From Promethearchaeota archaeon (GTDB taxonomy: Archaea > Asgardarchaeota > Lokiarchaeia > Sigyniarchaeales > SOKP01), in NCBI GenBank assembly GCA_019058445.1, contig JAHPZA010000004.1, positions 32,001-96,000 on the forward strand: DNA of 64,000 nt, read 5' to 3'. The notes beneath the pieces were generated by a model. It did no database searches and was not told where the DNA came from. It saw nothing but the letters and a program-made list of their open reading frames with translations. Positions 47,763 to 58,378 of this stretch are shown one piece after another. Positions within the stretch are counted from its first letter, which is position 1. Every line of letters begins with the position of its first letter. A program made the translations under genes and the position numbers.

Positions 47763-48776
47763 TTATATTTTATTTGTAGGATAAAATTTTATCTTCTTTT
47801 TCTCTTTCACATGGGTTACCAGATTTTTCTGTTCTAACAATTTTAGTGTGAGACATACCCAACCACGACCAATTCGTTGTATTATCTTAGCTCCTTGAGG
47901 ATAAAGCTCATCAATTAATTCTGTTGGAGTGATCCCCCTTTCTGGATATTTACTAACGATTCCAATAACTTGTTTTGTACGTTCTTTTCTATGGGTTATA
48001 ATTTCTTCAACACGCCGTATTGGATTTTTTATAGACCTCCCATGAGCGGGTAATACTAGTTTAAAATTAGGTAGATTCTTGATTACATCAAGGGAATCCA
48101 AATACGATCCGATATCACTCCCCGGGGGTCCTATCCAAGTGGTTAGACTTTTAATTATATTATCTCCAGATAATAATATCCCTCTCTCTTTATTATAAAG
48201 GGAAATATGGTCTTTTGCATGACCCGGTGAAGGAATTACATTCCAGATTTCATTATTTATTAATATTTCTGTATCTTCTTCAATAAACTCATCGGGACTA
48301 TCAAGAAATTTAATACCAAAAGCGAATTTAAAAAAAACCCAATGAAAATAATCCTTTATCTTAGTTATAGCACGGTTCCAAAACTTTTTAACAAGGAATA
48401 AATCATCTAAAAGATCTGCTTGGCGAGTGGACCTATAAGCTTTCTTATTTTTAATGATAGTAGCCATATCTTTTGTTAAAATCACTTTAAGTCCTAATTT
48501 TTTTCTCAATTTATATAAACCAGATATATGATCTGGATGAGTATGGCTTGGTAAAATACGTGTTAATTTAAATTCCTTATTTTGAGAATTGTATAATGAT
48601 TCAATCTCTTCAATCTCTTTAATCACATATTTTATAGTTTTTTTATCACCATATCCAGCGTCAAATATTAATCCATCACCATCTCCTGCGATTACATAAA
48701 TATTAACAGGAGGTTTTCGTAATTTTATGACTCCTTTTTCCTTTATAATGAATATACCGTGAGAAATTTCTTTCAT
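47763..48776 (-). CDS. Metallo-beta-lactamase-fold hydrolase
   Basis: SHTHPDH, SPGHAKDH, SGD and LPAHG motifs. Confidence 0.9.
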   Translation of the reverse strand: MKEISHGIFIIKEKGVIKLRKPPVNIYVIAGDGDGLIFDAGYGDKKTIKYVIKEIEEIESLYNSQNKEFKLTRILPSHTHPDHISGLYKLRKKLGLKVILTKDMATIIKNKKAYRSTRQADLLDDLFLVKKFWNRAITKIKDYFHWVFFKFAFGIKFLDSPDEFIEEDTEILINNEIWNVIPSPGHAKDHISLYNKERGILLSGDNIIKSLTTWIGPPGSDIGSYLDSLDVIKNLPNFKLVLPAHGRSIKNPIRRVEEIITHRKERTKQVIGIVSKYPERGITPTELIDELYPQGAKIIQRIGRGWVCLTLKLLEQKNLVTHVKEKKKIKFYPTNKI

Positions 48777-48836
48777 ATTAGCTCCTAAAAAGAGAAATTA
48801 GATTTAAACATTTTCAAATTCGATAATTTAAGCTTA

Positions 48837-50555
48837 TTAATACCATCTCTGATAGTTTAGGACTTGTGTTTCTTTTTTTAAAACGACTATGAGAAAAGCG
48901 CAGATAAACGAACCTCCTATAAACAACACAGGAAAGAGAATTATGAGAAGAAAAGTCACCTCTCCAGCTGCAATTGCTACGAATATATTAAATAAAATAT
49001 AAACACTCATGAAAAGAAGAGCTCCAGTCATTCCTATGAGATTATAAACTAAAAATAACCAACCCCACATACTTTTTTTCCCGTTATAATTTTTTCTTAA
49101 TTTTAGAAGGGTCACTGTAGTTAAGATCATAATTACACCACATATTATTTCATAAATTGATTGGGTAAATAATAATGCCCAAGCAATACTTCCCACTAAA
49201 AATAAAATTAAGAAAAATAAAACCAAACTAGTAATGATAAATAATACTCCCAAGATTATAGAAATTACTAGTAGTGCCATGGTGAAACCCCCATATAGCT
49301 TCATCGGTCTTGGTTTTTTCTGTTTTAGTAGATTAAAGTTCACACCGCAATTAGTACAAAAGTTATGGGAAGGATTAATAGCAATCCCACAGTTAGGACA
49401 ATAGTTAAACACTTTACTAGTTTTTTCTTCTGAAAGCTCATTTCTCTCCTTTAGGATGATATCATCCCAAACTACGCATTTAACACCTGGATGGGCTAGA
49501 ATTATTCCCGTCTCGGGGCACCGATGAGTATTCTCTGCTGCTTTTTGAGCGCGTTTGTAGAAAACAAAAAGAAAAATATAGGAGATTACAGCCAATCCTA
49601 GTTGAGTAATAACTATTACTAGAATCATTAACTCCATATCTTGAATATTAATTGCTAAGAATATAAGATAAATCCACACTCCTGAACTATTCCATAAAAA
49701 ATGGAGACTGATAGGAATAAGCCAGATCGGGATAAATCTTTTTAAAAATTTTTTCATTTGAATTCTGAGGGGCAGGTCTTCTTCCCCGAGCTCAAAGCGT
49801 AGTCTTTCAGCTTTTCCCGCGGCATACCCTCCAAAAGATCCGCCCAATATATGTATAGGACCAAAATTTCTAAGAGTTACTTGTAAATATACATCGAGAG
49901 CTGTACCAGCGCTTAAAAAGGTAAAAGTTATATAGCTTGCCGTTTCTATGGCCTCAAATACTAATCCAATTAAAAGGCCGGTAAGGAAGCCATTTAGTTC
50001 ATTTCCTAACATGCCTTTTCTTTTTTTCTCAGGATCTTTACCCCTTTTGAATACTATAAAAAAAGCTAAAATTGAGGGAAGGGATTTATTGAACTCTTCT
50101 ACCAATGCGGGTGTAATCGCATAAGCACCTACTGTAAATATAATTGTGGCACCTAATAAATCATCTGTAAATAGATAAAAAATTAACGCGATCGTCATCC
50201 AAATAGTGAATATGCCTGTGTTCCAATAGGCTGCCCAAGTAATAACACAAATACCCATTAATAAAAATAAAATTAAATATTGGCGAGTTCCCCCTACTAT
50301 TTCTTCATTTTTAGGCCATTTTTTTGCATTCCAGTGGTAGAAAATTAGCCATATCACATAAGTGAAAATTGGTGCTATAATTGCATAACTATAAATCGTA
50401 TAAACCAATATAGAATCTGGTATATTTTTAGATGTTATAATTACCAATACGATAATCGCATATATAACGGATATAACAAACAGGAATAGCCATATTATCT
50501 TTTTAGATGATTTTAACTTAAAGTTAGCAGGGGTATAAGGATTACTCGAAGACAT
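48837..50555 (-). CDS. PrsW-family intramembrane metalloprotease with double zinc ribbon and extra TMs
   Basis: EEFNK, FEAIE, H and LHFLWN motifs, then CPNCG...FCTNCG and about 4 further TMs. Confidence 0.75.
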   Translation of the reverse strand: MSSSNPYTPANFKLKSSKKIIWLFLFVISVIYAIIVLVIITSKNIPDSILVYTIYSYAIIAPIFTYVIWLIFYHWNAKKWPKNEEIVGGTRQYLILFLLMGICVITWAAYWNTGIFTIWMTIALIFYLFTDDLLGATIIFTVGAYAITPALVEEFNKSLPSILAFFIVFKRGKDPEKKRKGMLGNELNGFLTGLLIGLVFEAIETASYITFTFLSAGTALDVYLQVTLRNFGPIHILGGSFGGYAAGKAERLRFELGEEDLPLRIQMKKFLKRFIPIWLIPISLHFLWNSSGVWIYLIFLAINIQDMELMILVIVITQLGLAVISYIFLFVFYKRAQKAAENTHRCPETGIILAHPGVKCVVWDDIILKERNELSEEKTSKVFNYCPNCGIAINPSHNFCTNCGVNFNLLKQKKPRPMKLYGGFTMALLVISIILGVLFIITSLVLFFLILFLVGSIAWALLFTQSIYEIICGVIMILTTVTLLKLRKNYNGKKSMWGWLFLVYNLIGMTGALLFMSVYILFNIFVAIAAGEVTFLLIILFPVLFIGGSFICAFLIVVLKKETQVLNYQRWY

Positions 50556-50792
50556 ATTTATCCTTGTTATGTATCTAATTTATATATTATTATAAAGGTT
50601 TATTGCTTAAACTAAGATTTTCTTTTAAAATATGTGAGGTAGTCCATATTTATTAAAATTGTTAATTAAAAACTAAATATATGAAGGACATATTTCAATT
50701 TTCCACTTCTGTATGTATTTATTCATCAAAGAAATCTTTTAAATAATTTGATACGTAATGTTATATTGTAAATCCCAAAAAGATGAAAATTT

Positions 50793-53700
50793 ATGAAAAA
50801 AAGAAATATAAATAAAATACTCCTATTTGTATTTTTCCTTACTTTAACTGTCAATGGGACATTGAACTCTAACAATACACCTAATAGAAAGGGATTTCAT
50901 AAAGATAGTACTCGAATTAAATCCGATCCTAAATTGGCTGAATCAGGAGGATATGGTGTTGAATGGTATCGTACTTATGGAAATGCATTAGTGGACGATC
51001 ATTGTGTCGACATGGCAATGAGTTCTTCAGAAGATCTCTATTTAATTGGTAACACTGATATTGTAAAATACAATAAATTTGGCAGTCATCAATGGACACG
51101 TGAATGGTATATTAGTGGTGATGATGATGGAAATGCAGTCACAGTAGATTCTTCGGGAAATATATACATTGCTGGCGAAGCAAATAATGAAATGTGTTTA
51201 GTCAAATATAGTAGTAGTGGAACTCATCAATGGAGTCGAACAATTAGCATTTCAAATATCGATGAAGCATTTGCAGTCGCAGTAGACGCTTCAAATTATA
51301 TTTATATTGCTGGTGAATCATATACATCCGGCACTTGGCCACTTAGAGATTTTGTCCTTGTAAAGTATAGTAGTTCAGGATCTCATCAATGGACACGAAC
51401 ATTAGATTTGTCCGAAGAAGATACTTGTACGGCTATTACAACCGATTCATCTAATAATATATATTTGGGAGGCACTTCACGATATGGATATGGGGGAGAT
51501 ATTTATTTTACAGTGGCAAAATACACTAGTAGTGGCTCTCTTCAATGGAGTAGGACATGGAATACAGGATCAGCTATGGTTAAATGTGGGGGCATCGATT
51601 TAGATACATCAAATAATATATATTTAGGAGGAGGAGTATATGTTAGCTCCACATATCAAACAATTCTAACAAAATTTAGCAGTTCGGGTTCATATATCTG
51701 GAACAGAAAATGGGGGGGAAGTGGTTGGGAGATAGCTTATGATATTGCGATTGATGCAAATAATAATATATATCTAGGAGGTTATACTACTTCTTATGGA
51801 GCGGGATTATATGATTTTTGTTTTTTAGTTTATACTAGTAATGGTGCCTTACAAACATATGAGACATGGGGTGGTACACAATATGATTATGGTCGTGGTA
51901 TCGCTGTATCTGCTGATAAAAACGTTTACCTTGCGGGACATAGTTTAAGTTATGGCCCGGGAAAATATGATATGTGCCTCGTAAAATTTAATCCTGCACC
52001 TCAAATTACTATCAATTCTCCAAGTCCAGATCAAGTATTTGGCACAATCGCTCCTGGATTTGACGTTTCCATACTTGATTTAGACTTAATTGAACGCTAT
52101 TATCAATTAAATGGTGGGACGAGTTATCCATTTTCTGGCTCAACAGGAATAATTGATCAAAATGCGTGGAACTCATGTGATGATGGACCTGTAAATATTA
52201 CTTTTTATGGGAGAGACCCAGGTGGAGTTGTATATGAGCAAGTCACCGTTTATAAAGACACAACGGGACCGAATATTACGATCCTCTCTCCCAAAATCCA
52301 CGAAATCTGTGGGAACAAGACAATTCGGTTTGAGCTTTCTATTGAGAATAATGATCACGAGGCTATTTGGTATACTGTAAATGGAAGTCAAACATTTATA
52401 GCTCCAGGTAAAGAAGGTATTATAAATGAAAATGCATGGAATGCTTGCGGAAATGGCTCTGTAAATATTTGTTTTTATGCTAATGATTCACTTAATAATA
52501 TTGGGTATAAAAATATTACAGTTGAGAAAGATCTTTATTATCCATTTATTGAAATTATTTCTCCAATCCCAGACCAGTTATGTGGAATTAGTGCTCCTCA
52601 GTATAACATTTCAATTTCCACATTATCAGCTAACACAACATGGTACACTTTAAATAATAGTCAGAAATATTTTATTAATGAAATGTCTGGTAAGTTGAAT
52701 CAGACTGCGTGGAATGAGTGTACAAGTGAAATTATAGTTATTAAATTCTTTGTAAATAATAGTGTCAGTGTTGAAAACTATGAAGAAGTTTTTATAAGAA
52801 AGGATACTGCAATACCAAATATTACTATTATTACTCCAGCTTCATTTCAAATAGTCGGAAATAGGACGTTCGAATTTGATCTTTCAATTTCAAATACAGA
52901 TTTTACGCAGATTTGGTATTCAATTAATGGAAGTGAGAATTATACCGCATCGGGATTAAATGATATAATTAATCGAACATTATGGGAATCTTTTGATAAT
53001 GGAACTATATTAATTACATTTTATGCAAAAAATAGTGCTGGGAATATAGGGTCAAAAAATATTACACTGTTAAAAGATCTTAAACACCTATATGAAAAAA
53101 AGTTATATGCAATTATTGTGGGGATTGAAGATTATCCCGGGACTATAAATGACTTGAATTACTGTAAGGAGGATGCATTGTCAATCAGAAACTTTCTCAA
53201 TATAAAATACAATGTTAAATCTTCAAATATCATAACTTTATTTGATTCCAGCGCAACCCTAAATAGCATTTCTAATGCGTTTAATACAGTTAGTGCTAAG
53301 ATTTATCCAGAAGATATTTTCTTTTTCTATTATTCTGGACATGGAGGGAGCAGTTCTTCACAATATTTATGCCCCTATGATTCATTACCTTCAAATCCAA
53401 GTAAATTATTGTACGATACAAATTTGGATTCACTTCTTGATACACTATCCTCTTCTCAAAACTTTGTAATAATTGATGCATGCAATAGTGGAGGCATGAT
53501 CGCAGAGAGTTCTGCATCTGGCAGATTTTTCATAACAGCTTGTGATGTATTAGAATATAGCATAGAGACCCATTATCTCCATCATGGAGTGTTTACCCAT
53601 TTTTTCCTTGAATCATTTGATAATGCATTGGATATCCACGAAGATGAGATAGTTTCTATGGAAGAACAATATGGTTATACTGGGTATAATACATGGGAAT

Positions 53701-54791
53701 ATGCTATGGATTTGGGAGCAAATCAAAACCCTAGAATGTATGATGGTATTTCTGGACAAGCAATATTTTATCCAGCAATTGGACCAATAACAGCATCTAT
53801 TAATGGCAATCAGTTAGCCTATTCATGTATGATATATGGAAATGGAAAAATTGAAGAATTAAATTTAACTATATGCTCAGTTGATTCTACAATTGTCATC
53901 GAAACTATAGATCTTTTAAAATATTCAACGTCGGCTGATGGTTTTGGTTATTATACGGGAATGGCAGAATTATCAATCGGAGAAACTATTTCAAGTTATG
54001 AAATTGCTATGAAAATATCTGGTTATCAAGAAAAGGTTTTGAGAAGAACGTATGGTGATTTTGATGATGATGGATTATTTGATTTATTTGAGATACGATA
54101 CGGTTTAAATCCACAAAATAATGACACTGATGGTGATTATATTACAGACGGATGGGAGTATGACAATGGATTAAATCCATTTACAATGGACTCTCAAGAA
54201 GATCCAGATAATGACGATCTAAGTAATATTGAGGAATTCCACTATAATACTAATCCACATAATAACGATACAGAAAATGATGGTATGCCGGATGGATGGG
54301 AAATCGAATATAATCTTAATCCTAATTATGATGATTCTTTTGAAGACCCCGATATTGATTATCTTTCTAATATTGAGGAATTCCACTATAATACCTATCC
54401 AAATGACCCAGATTCCGATAATGATGGCATTTTAGATGGTGAAGAAATTGAACAAGGAACTAATCCATTGGATCCTAATGATCCCCCAAAAGAAGAAAGT
54501 GGAGGAGAAAGTGGAAATGATTCTGGAATTCGTATAGGTTTTAACATTTTTATTATAATTGGATTAATTAGTGTTATTTCTATTGTTATTTATGTAGTAA
54601 TCAAAAAATTTAAACCTAAACCAACAGTAAATAAACTGAAACCAGAACCTTTCATAGTTAAAGACCAGAAAAAAGTTATATCACGCATTCCCCAAAAATC
54701 GGATTCCATAAAATTTTGTCCCTACTGTAGAGCTCTTTGTAATTCTCAAAACAAATTTTGCACATCCTGTGGAAGAAAACTACTAATATAA
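50793..54791 (+). CDS. Secreted, membrane-anchored caspase-family (C14) protein with beta-propeller, Ig-like and Ca-binding repeats
   Basis: Signal peptide, 'DSSGNIYIAG...LVKYSSSG' repeats, three Ig-like repeats, YYSGHG / IIDACNSG dyad, DTDGD-type repeats, TM and CPYC...FCTSCG tail. Confidence 0.85.
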   Translation: MKKRNINKILLFVFFLTLTVNGTLNSNNTPNRKGFHKDSTRIKSDPKLAESGGYGVEWYRTYGNALVDDHCVDMAMSSSEDLYLIGNTDIVKYNKFGSHQWTREWYISGDDDGNAVTVDSSGNIYIAGEANNEMCLVKYSSSGTHQWSRTISISNIDEAFAVAVDASNYIYIAGESYTSGTWPLRDFVLVKYSSSGSHQWTRTLDLSEEDTCTAITTDSSNNIYLGGTSRYGYGGDIYFTVAKYTSSGSLQWSRTWNTGSAMVKCGGIDLDTSNNIYLGGGVYVSSTYQTILTKFSSSGSYIWNRKWGGSGWEIAYDIAIDANNNIYLGGYTTSYGAGLYDFCFLVYTSNGALQTYETWGGTQYDYGRGIAVSADKNVYLAGHSLSYGPGKYDMCLVKFNPAPQITINSPSPDQVFGTIAPGFDVSILDLDLIERYYQLNGGTSYPFSGSTGIIDQNAWNSCDDGPVNITFYGRDPGGVVYEQVTVYKDTTGPNITILSPKIHEICGNKTIRFELSIENNDHEAIWYTVNGSQTFIAPGKEGIINENAWNACGNGSVNICFYANDSLNNIGYKNITVEKDLYYPFIEIISPIPDQLCGISAPQYNISISTLSANTTWYTLNNSQKYFINEMSGKLNQTAWNECTSEIIVIKFFVNNSVSVENYEEVFIRKDTAIPNITIITPASFQIVGNRTFEFDLSISNTDFTQIWYSINGSENYTASGLNDIINRTLWESFDNGTILITFYAKNSAGNIGSKNITLLKDLKHLYEKKLYAIIVGIEDYPGTINDLNYCKEDALSIRNFLNIKYNVKSSNIITLFDSSATLNSISNAFNTVSAKIYPEDIFFFYYSGHGGSSSSQYLCPYDSLPSNPSKLLYDTNLDSLLDTLSSSQNFVIIDACNSGGMIAESSASGRFFITACDVLEYSIETHYLHHGVFTHFFLESFDNALDIHEDEIVSMEEQYGYTGYNTWEYAMDLGANQNPRMYDGISGQAIFYPAIGPITASINGNQLAYSCMIYGNGKIEELNLTICSVDSTIVIETIDLLKYSTSADGFGYYTGMAELSIGETISSYEIAMKISGYQEKVLRRTYGDFDDDGLFDLFEIRYGLNPQNNDTDGDYITDGWEYDNGLNPFTMDSQEDPDNDDLSNIEEFHYNTNPHNNDTENDGMPDGWEIEYNLNPNYDDSFEDPDIDYLSNIEEFHYNTYPNDPDSDNDGILDGEEIEQGTNPLDPNDPPKEESGGESGNDSGIRIGFNIFIIIGLISVISIVIYVVIKKFKPKPTVNKLKPEPFIVKDQKKVISRIPQKSDSIKFCPYCRALCNSQNKFCTSCGRKLLI
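54224..54394 (+). repeat. Exact 27-nt direct repeat (54224-54250 and 54368-54394) within the Ca-binding repeat region
   Basis: TAATATTGAGGAATTCCACTATAATAC occurs twice, 144 nt apart and in frame. Confidence 0.85.
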
Positions 54792-55146
54792 GATTAAATA
54801 CTTTTTTTTCTTTTTCTTTCTATTTTGATTTAAAATCAGTATATAGAAAAATAAATATTAACTCCTATTTCATCTTCTCTTCTAAAACTCTAAAATGAGC
54901 TTTTCTAAAAAATAAAAAAAGAGTAACTTTCCAAGTAGTTCAGAATTATTAAATTTTCTAATTATATCAAGATTAGATTTTCAAAAAGATTATTATAAGA
55001 CATTCAAATCTTTTTATACTCTTGTTTAATAATAAAACGATGGTTTGTTTATATTAATACTTTTTACATATAAATAAAAGAAGTTAATAGATAAGAAAAA
55101 AAACTAAATTATAATTATTGTTTTAATCTGGCGATTAATTTCAAGT

Positions 55147-55356
55147 CTAGAAGTATTTAATAGCCAAGAGAATGTCGTCTCGGGTGACCTTTTTTCTTTT
55201 TGCGTGTTTAGTCAAGCTTAATGCAGTCTTGGTTATTTTCTCTGCGCTAGTTCCCATCCATTCGACTAATTCATCTACAGCATCGCGAGCAACAATAATA
55301 GCGCCGTTGTGTTTCATTAAACGCCTTATTGGGCTCCACGAAATGTATTCACTCAT
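55147..55356 (-). CDS. Archaeal histone
   Basis: 69 aa, aligns by eye to HMfB (P..R..K..GA, HA.RK...D). GGAGG RBS. Confidence 0.93.
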   Translation of the reverse strand: MSEYISWSPIRRLMKHNGAIIVARDAVDELVEWMGTSAEKITKTALSLTKHAKRKKVTRDDILLAIKYF

Positions 55357-55898
55357 GGTTTTTTCATTCCTCCACTTAATAATTTTTTATATTTTTATTT
55401 GAAATTTTAATTTTTCAAAGAGTTTATTATATCAAAATATATCTTTCATATTTATAAAGATTGTGGTAATTGCATAAGTCTAGGAGTAAATAATTCAAAA
55501 AAAAATTACGACAAAATTCGAATTAAGTTAATAGATCAATCTGGTGCAAGTTTAGGATTTTTTATTAAAAAGTCGTTTTAGTTAAAATTTAGGAATATTA
55601 TCTATTATAACTCATTAATTTTCTTTCAGTTGAGCCATGAATTCGAAAATAAAAAAATAAACACAAATTTTGTCAAATTCTGAAGATTTAGAATATAAAA
55701 TTTTGTGTTAATTATGACTTAATAATTATTAAATTTTAATTAGTGATCAGCAGGAGTTCGTGAACCTTTGTAGAGATCTGAAGCAAATTGAAGATTTTAT
55801 CAATTTGTTTTTATTAATGTAAAGTATAATAATATTCAAGTTGAAAAAGCAAGTAGATAAAGGCGAAAATAATATATAGACGAAATTAAGTAATTTAT

Positions 55899-56900
55899 TT
55901 ACCAAATAATTTGTGCTCGATTGCAATTCTTGCATTCTATTGATTCTCCCTTGGAGGGAAATCGATCAAGCACCCCTCCGCAGTATTTGCACTCCAACTC
56001 ATAGATATTATCAATTGATTTAATTTTCCCGATACTTAAAATCCGTTTTTTAAATTCATTAGAGAGAATTGTCAATAGAGAAATTAAATTATGATGATGT
56101 TGAGAAGCCGCTAAAAATTCAATTTTATTAGCCACTATCTGTCCTATTACTAAAATATCTTCTTTAGTGTTTAAATCCATACCAAAAAACCATGCGATTT
56201 TTTTCTTGTCATCTTTGGTTATTAGTTGAAACTTATGGAATCCGAGAAGTTGTTCTACATGATCAAAATATAGGGCTACATTTTGTTTCCCATCAGTAGC
56301 TATTCCAAGGCTCTTAATTGCTTTTTTGATTCCCTTTGTTTTGAGAAATTCTGCTATTTTTGGACTTGAGATTAATTTGCCTTCAATTTCAGGTGCAAGT
56401 ATCTTAATTTCTGCAGGATCAGAATCAAGCACTCGAATAAAATCTTTGTTATTTACATAAGTAATGTTAGTACGTAATTCTCCTTTGATATTTAGTAAAA
56501 TGGGTTTAAAGTAGAGGTTAATTTGGTTCTTACTGGTTTCGCTTAACTCATCAATTTCAAAACTAACTAGTTTAGCTCCAGATTCATCAGGCTGAGGAGT
56601 TATTGAAATTGTAGTTGGAGAGATTCTGGTTAGTGTTAAAAATTTAGGAAATTTAATTCGTGCTTTAATTTCTGTAATTGGAGCCAAGCTTTCATTAATA
56701 AGTAAGATGCTATACCGATAAGATGCTCCGAATGGTACCAATTCAGAAGTTAATTTAATTTTATTCTTTTGATCAACACTTTCAAAAGCATATGTGCTTT
56801 CGTCAGATTTTTCTTTAGCTGAGGCACCTTTTAATATAACTAACCCGTGTATTTTGCTCTCCTTAACCTTGTTTTGTTTGTCCATCTTACTATTCGCCAA
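55899..56900 (-). CDS. Hypothetical protein: beta-sandwich + alpha/beta domain + zinc ribbon
   Basis: Beta-rich N-terminal half and CKYC...CKNC at the C-terminus. Confidence 0.65.
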   Translation of the reverse strand: MANSKMDKQNKVKESKIHGLVILKGASAKEKSDESTYAFESVDQKNKIKLTSELVPFGASYRYSILLINESLAPITEIKARIKFPKFLTLTRISPTTISITPQPDESGAKLVSFEIDELSETSKNQINLYFKPILLNIKGELRTNITYVNNKDFIRVLDSDPAEIKILAPEIEGKLISSPKIAEFLKTKGIKKAIKSLGIATDGKQNVALYFDHVEQLLGFHKFQLITKDDKKKIAWFFGMDLNTKEDILVIGQIVANKIEFLAASQHHHNLISLLTILSNEFKKRILSIGKIKSIDNIYELECKYCGGVLDRFPSKGESIECKNCNRAQIIW

Positions 56901-56995
56901 AAATTTTGAAGGTGTTCAAAAAATTTTAGTAGCTTTATTGTAATTATAAAAATTATTTTGTTTTATATATTTTTTTTACCCTAATATTTTTTCCC

Positions 56996-58378
56996 ATGAA
57001 AGTAAAAGAAGGTTCTTCTCTTTAAGGGGGAAATGAATTTTGCATAAATTACTAATCTTCATCTATCTGTATAATTAAATAATTGTCTAAGTACATCCCT
57101 ATTATTAATGTATAGAGCAATAAAGATTAGGATATATCCTAATAAGAATCAAGAAGAAGTTTTGAATAAGACTTTTGGTTGCTGCCGATTTATTTATAAC
57201 AAAATGCTTGAGGACAGACGAAAAATATATGAAGAATTAAAAAATGATAAAGTTTCGCTTTATGCTTATAATTATAAGACTGAAAAAGAGTATAAACAAA
57301 AATATCCTTTCCTAAAGGAAGTGGATTCAAAAGCTCTCCAATCGGAATGGCGACATCTAAAATCAGCATATGATAATTTCTTTAGAAATGTTAAGAAAGG
57401 GATTAAGAAAGGATTTCCCCAGTATAAATCAAAAAAATCAACACAATCTTATACAACTTTTAATATAAATAATAATTGTAAGATAGATTTCGATCATAAG
57501 AGACTAAAATTGCCTAAAATAAGTACTTGGATTTCCTATAGGGATGAAAGATTATTTGATGAGAGGATAAAGCAAATGGTAATATCTAAAACACAAAGCG
57601 GTAAATATTATGTGAGCATATTAATAGAGTTAGAGAATATTATTATTCCTAAGAAAATTTTATTAGATGATAAGATTATAGGATTTGATATGAGCACCTC
57701 TAAGTTTCTGATAACCAAAGACTTAGAACTTTCAAATCCGAGATTTTATCGAAATGAAGAATCCACATTAAGAAGGATTCACAGAGAAGTGAGTCGAAAA
57801 AAGGAAGGTTTGATCAATCGAAAAAAGGCAAGATTAAAATTAGCTAGATTATACGAAAAGATTTACAATCGAAAGAAAGATTGGATCCATAAAATAACTG
57901 GTTTGTTATCAGAACATTTTGATTGCGTAATTTTAGAGGATTTAAATATAAAAGGAATGCAAAAATTCAATTCTGGAATTTCTAAATCTGTGAGTTTAGA
58001 TTTTTCGTGGAAAAAATTTACCATTATTTTAAAATATAAAATGGAACAAAAGGGAAAGCATTTAGTCTTAATTGATCGCTATTTTCCTAGTTCTAAACTT
58101 TGTTCTCAATGTAGTTTTAAAAATGATGAGCTTAGATTAAGTGATCGGAAGTGGATGTGTCCAGAATGTAATGCTCATCATGATAGAGATGTAAATGCTT
58201 CAATTAATATTAAAAAGGAAGGCGTAAATATCTTAAAAAAGAATAATATCACGATCATTCATAATGATTATGCGGTAGGGACTACCGTGAATGCGTTTGG
58301 AGAAGATGTCAGACTCTCGATGGGAGAGCAATTTTCGATGAATTACGAATCCACGACCTTTAGGAAGTGGTAGTTCAA
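56996..58378 (+). mobile_element. IS200/IS605-family element carrying tnpB only (IS1341-like)
   Basis: Left hairpin near 57001-57043 (AAAAGAAGGTTCTTCTCTTTAAGGGGGAAATGAATTTT). Right end GAATCCACGACCTTTAGGAAGTGGTAGTTCAA. No tnpA. Left boundary approximate. Confidence 0.75.
57108..58373 (+). CDS. tnpB: RNA-guided endonuclease TnpB
   Basis: KIRIYP...FGCCRFIYN HTH, RuvC D (IGFD), E (ILEDL), D (HDRDVNAS) and CSQC...CPEC zinc ribbon. Confidence 0.95.
   Translation: MYRAIKIRIYPNKNQEEVLNKTFGCCRFIYNKMLEDRRKIYEELKNDKVSLYAYNYKTEKEYKQKYPFLKEVDSKALQSEWRHLKSAYDNFFRNVKKGIKKGFPQYKSKKSTQSYTTFNINNNCKIDFDHKRLKLPKISTWISYRDERLFDERIKQMVISKTQSGKYYVSILIELENIIIPKKILLDDKIIGFDMSTSKFLITKDLELSNPRFYRNEESTLRRIHREVSRKKEGLINRKKARLKLARLYEKIYNRKKDWIHKITGLLSEHFDCVILEDLNIKGMQKFNSGISKSVSLDFSWKKFTIILKYKMEQKGKHLVLIDRYFPSSKLCSQCSFKNDELRLSDRKWMCPECNAHHDRDVNASINIKKEGVNILKKNNITIIHNDYAVGTTVNAFGEDVRLSMGEQFSMNYESTTFRKW

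Noticed and set aside
54224-54394. 27-nt direct repeat as a CRISPR array
   Set aside because: Only two copies, 144 nt apart and in frame within protein repeats. No cas genes.
55747-55935. 62-aa minus-strand ORF between the histone and the upstream gene
   Set aside because: It overlaps the upstream gene end, has low-complexity AT-driven composition and no RBS.
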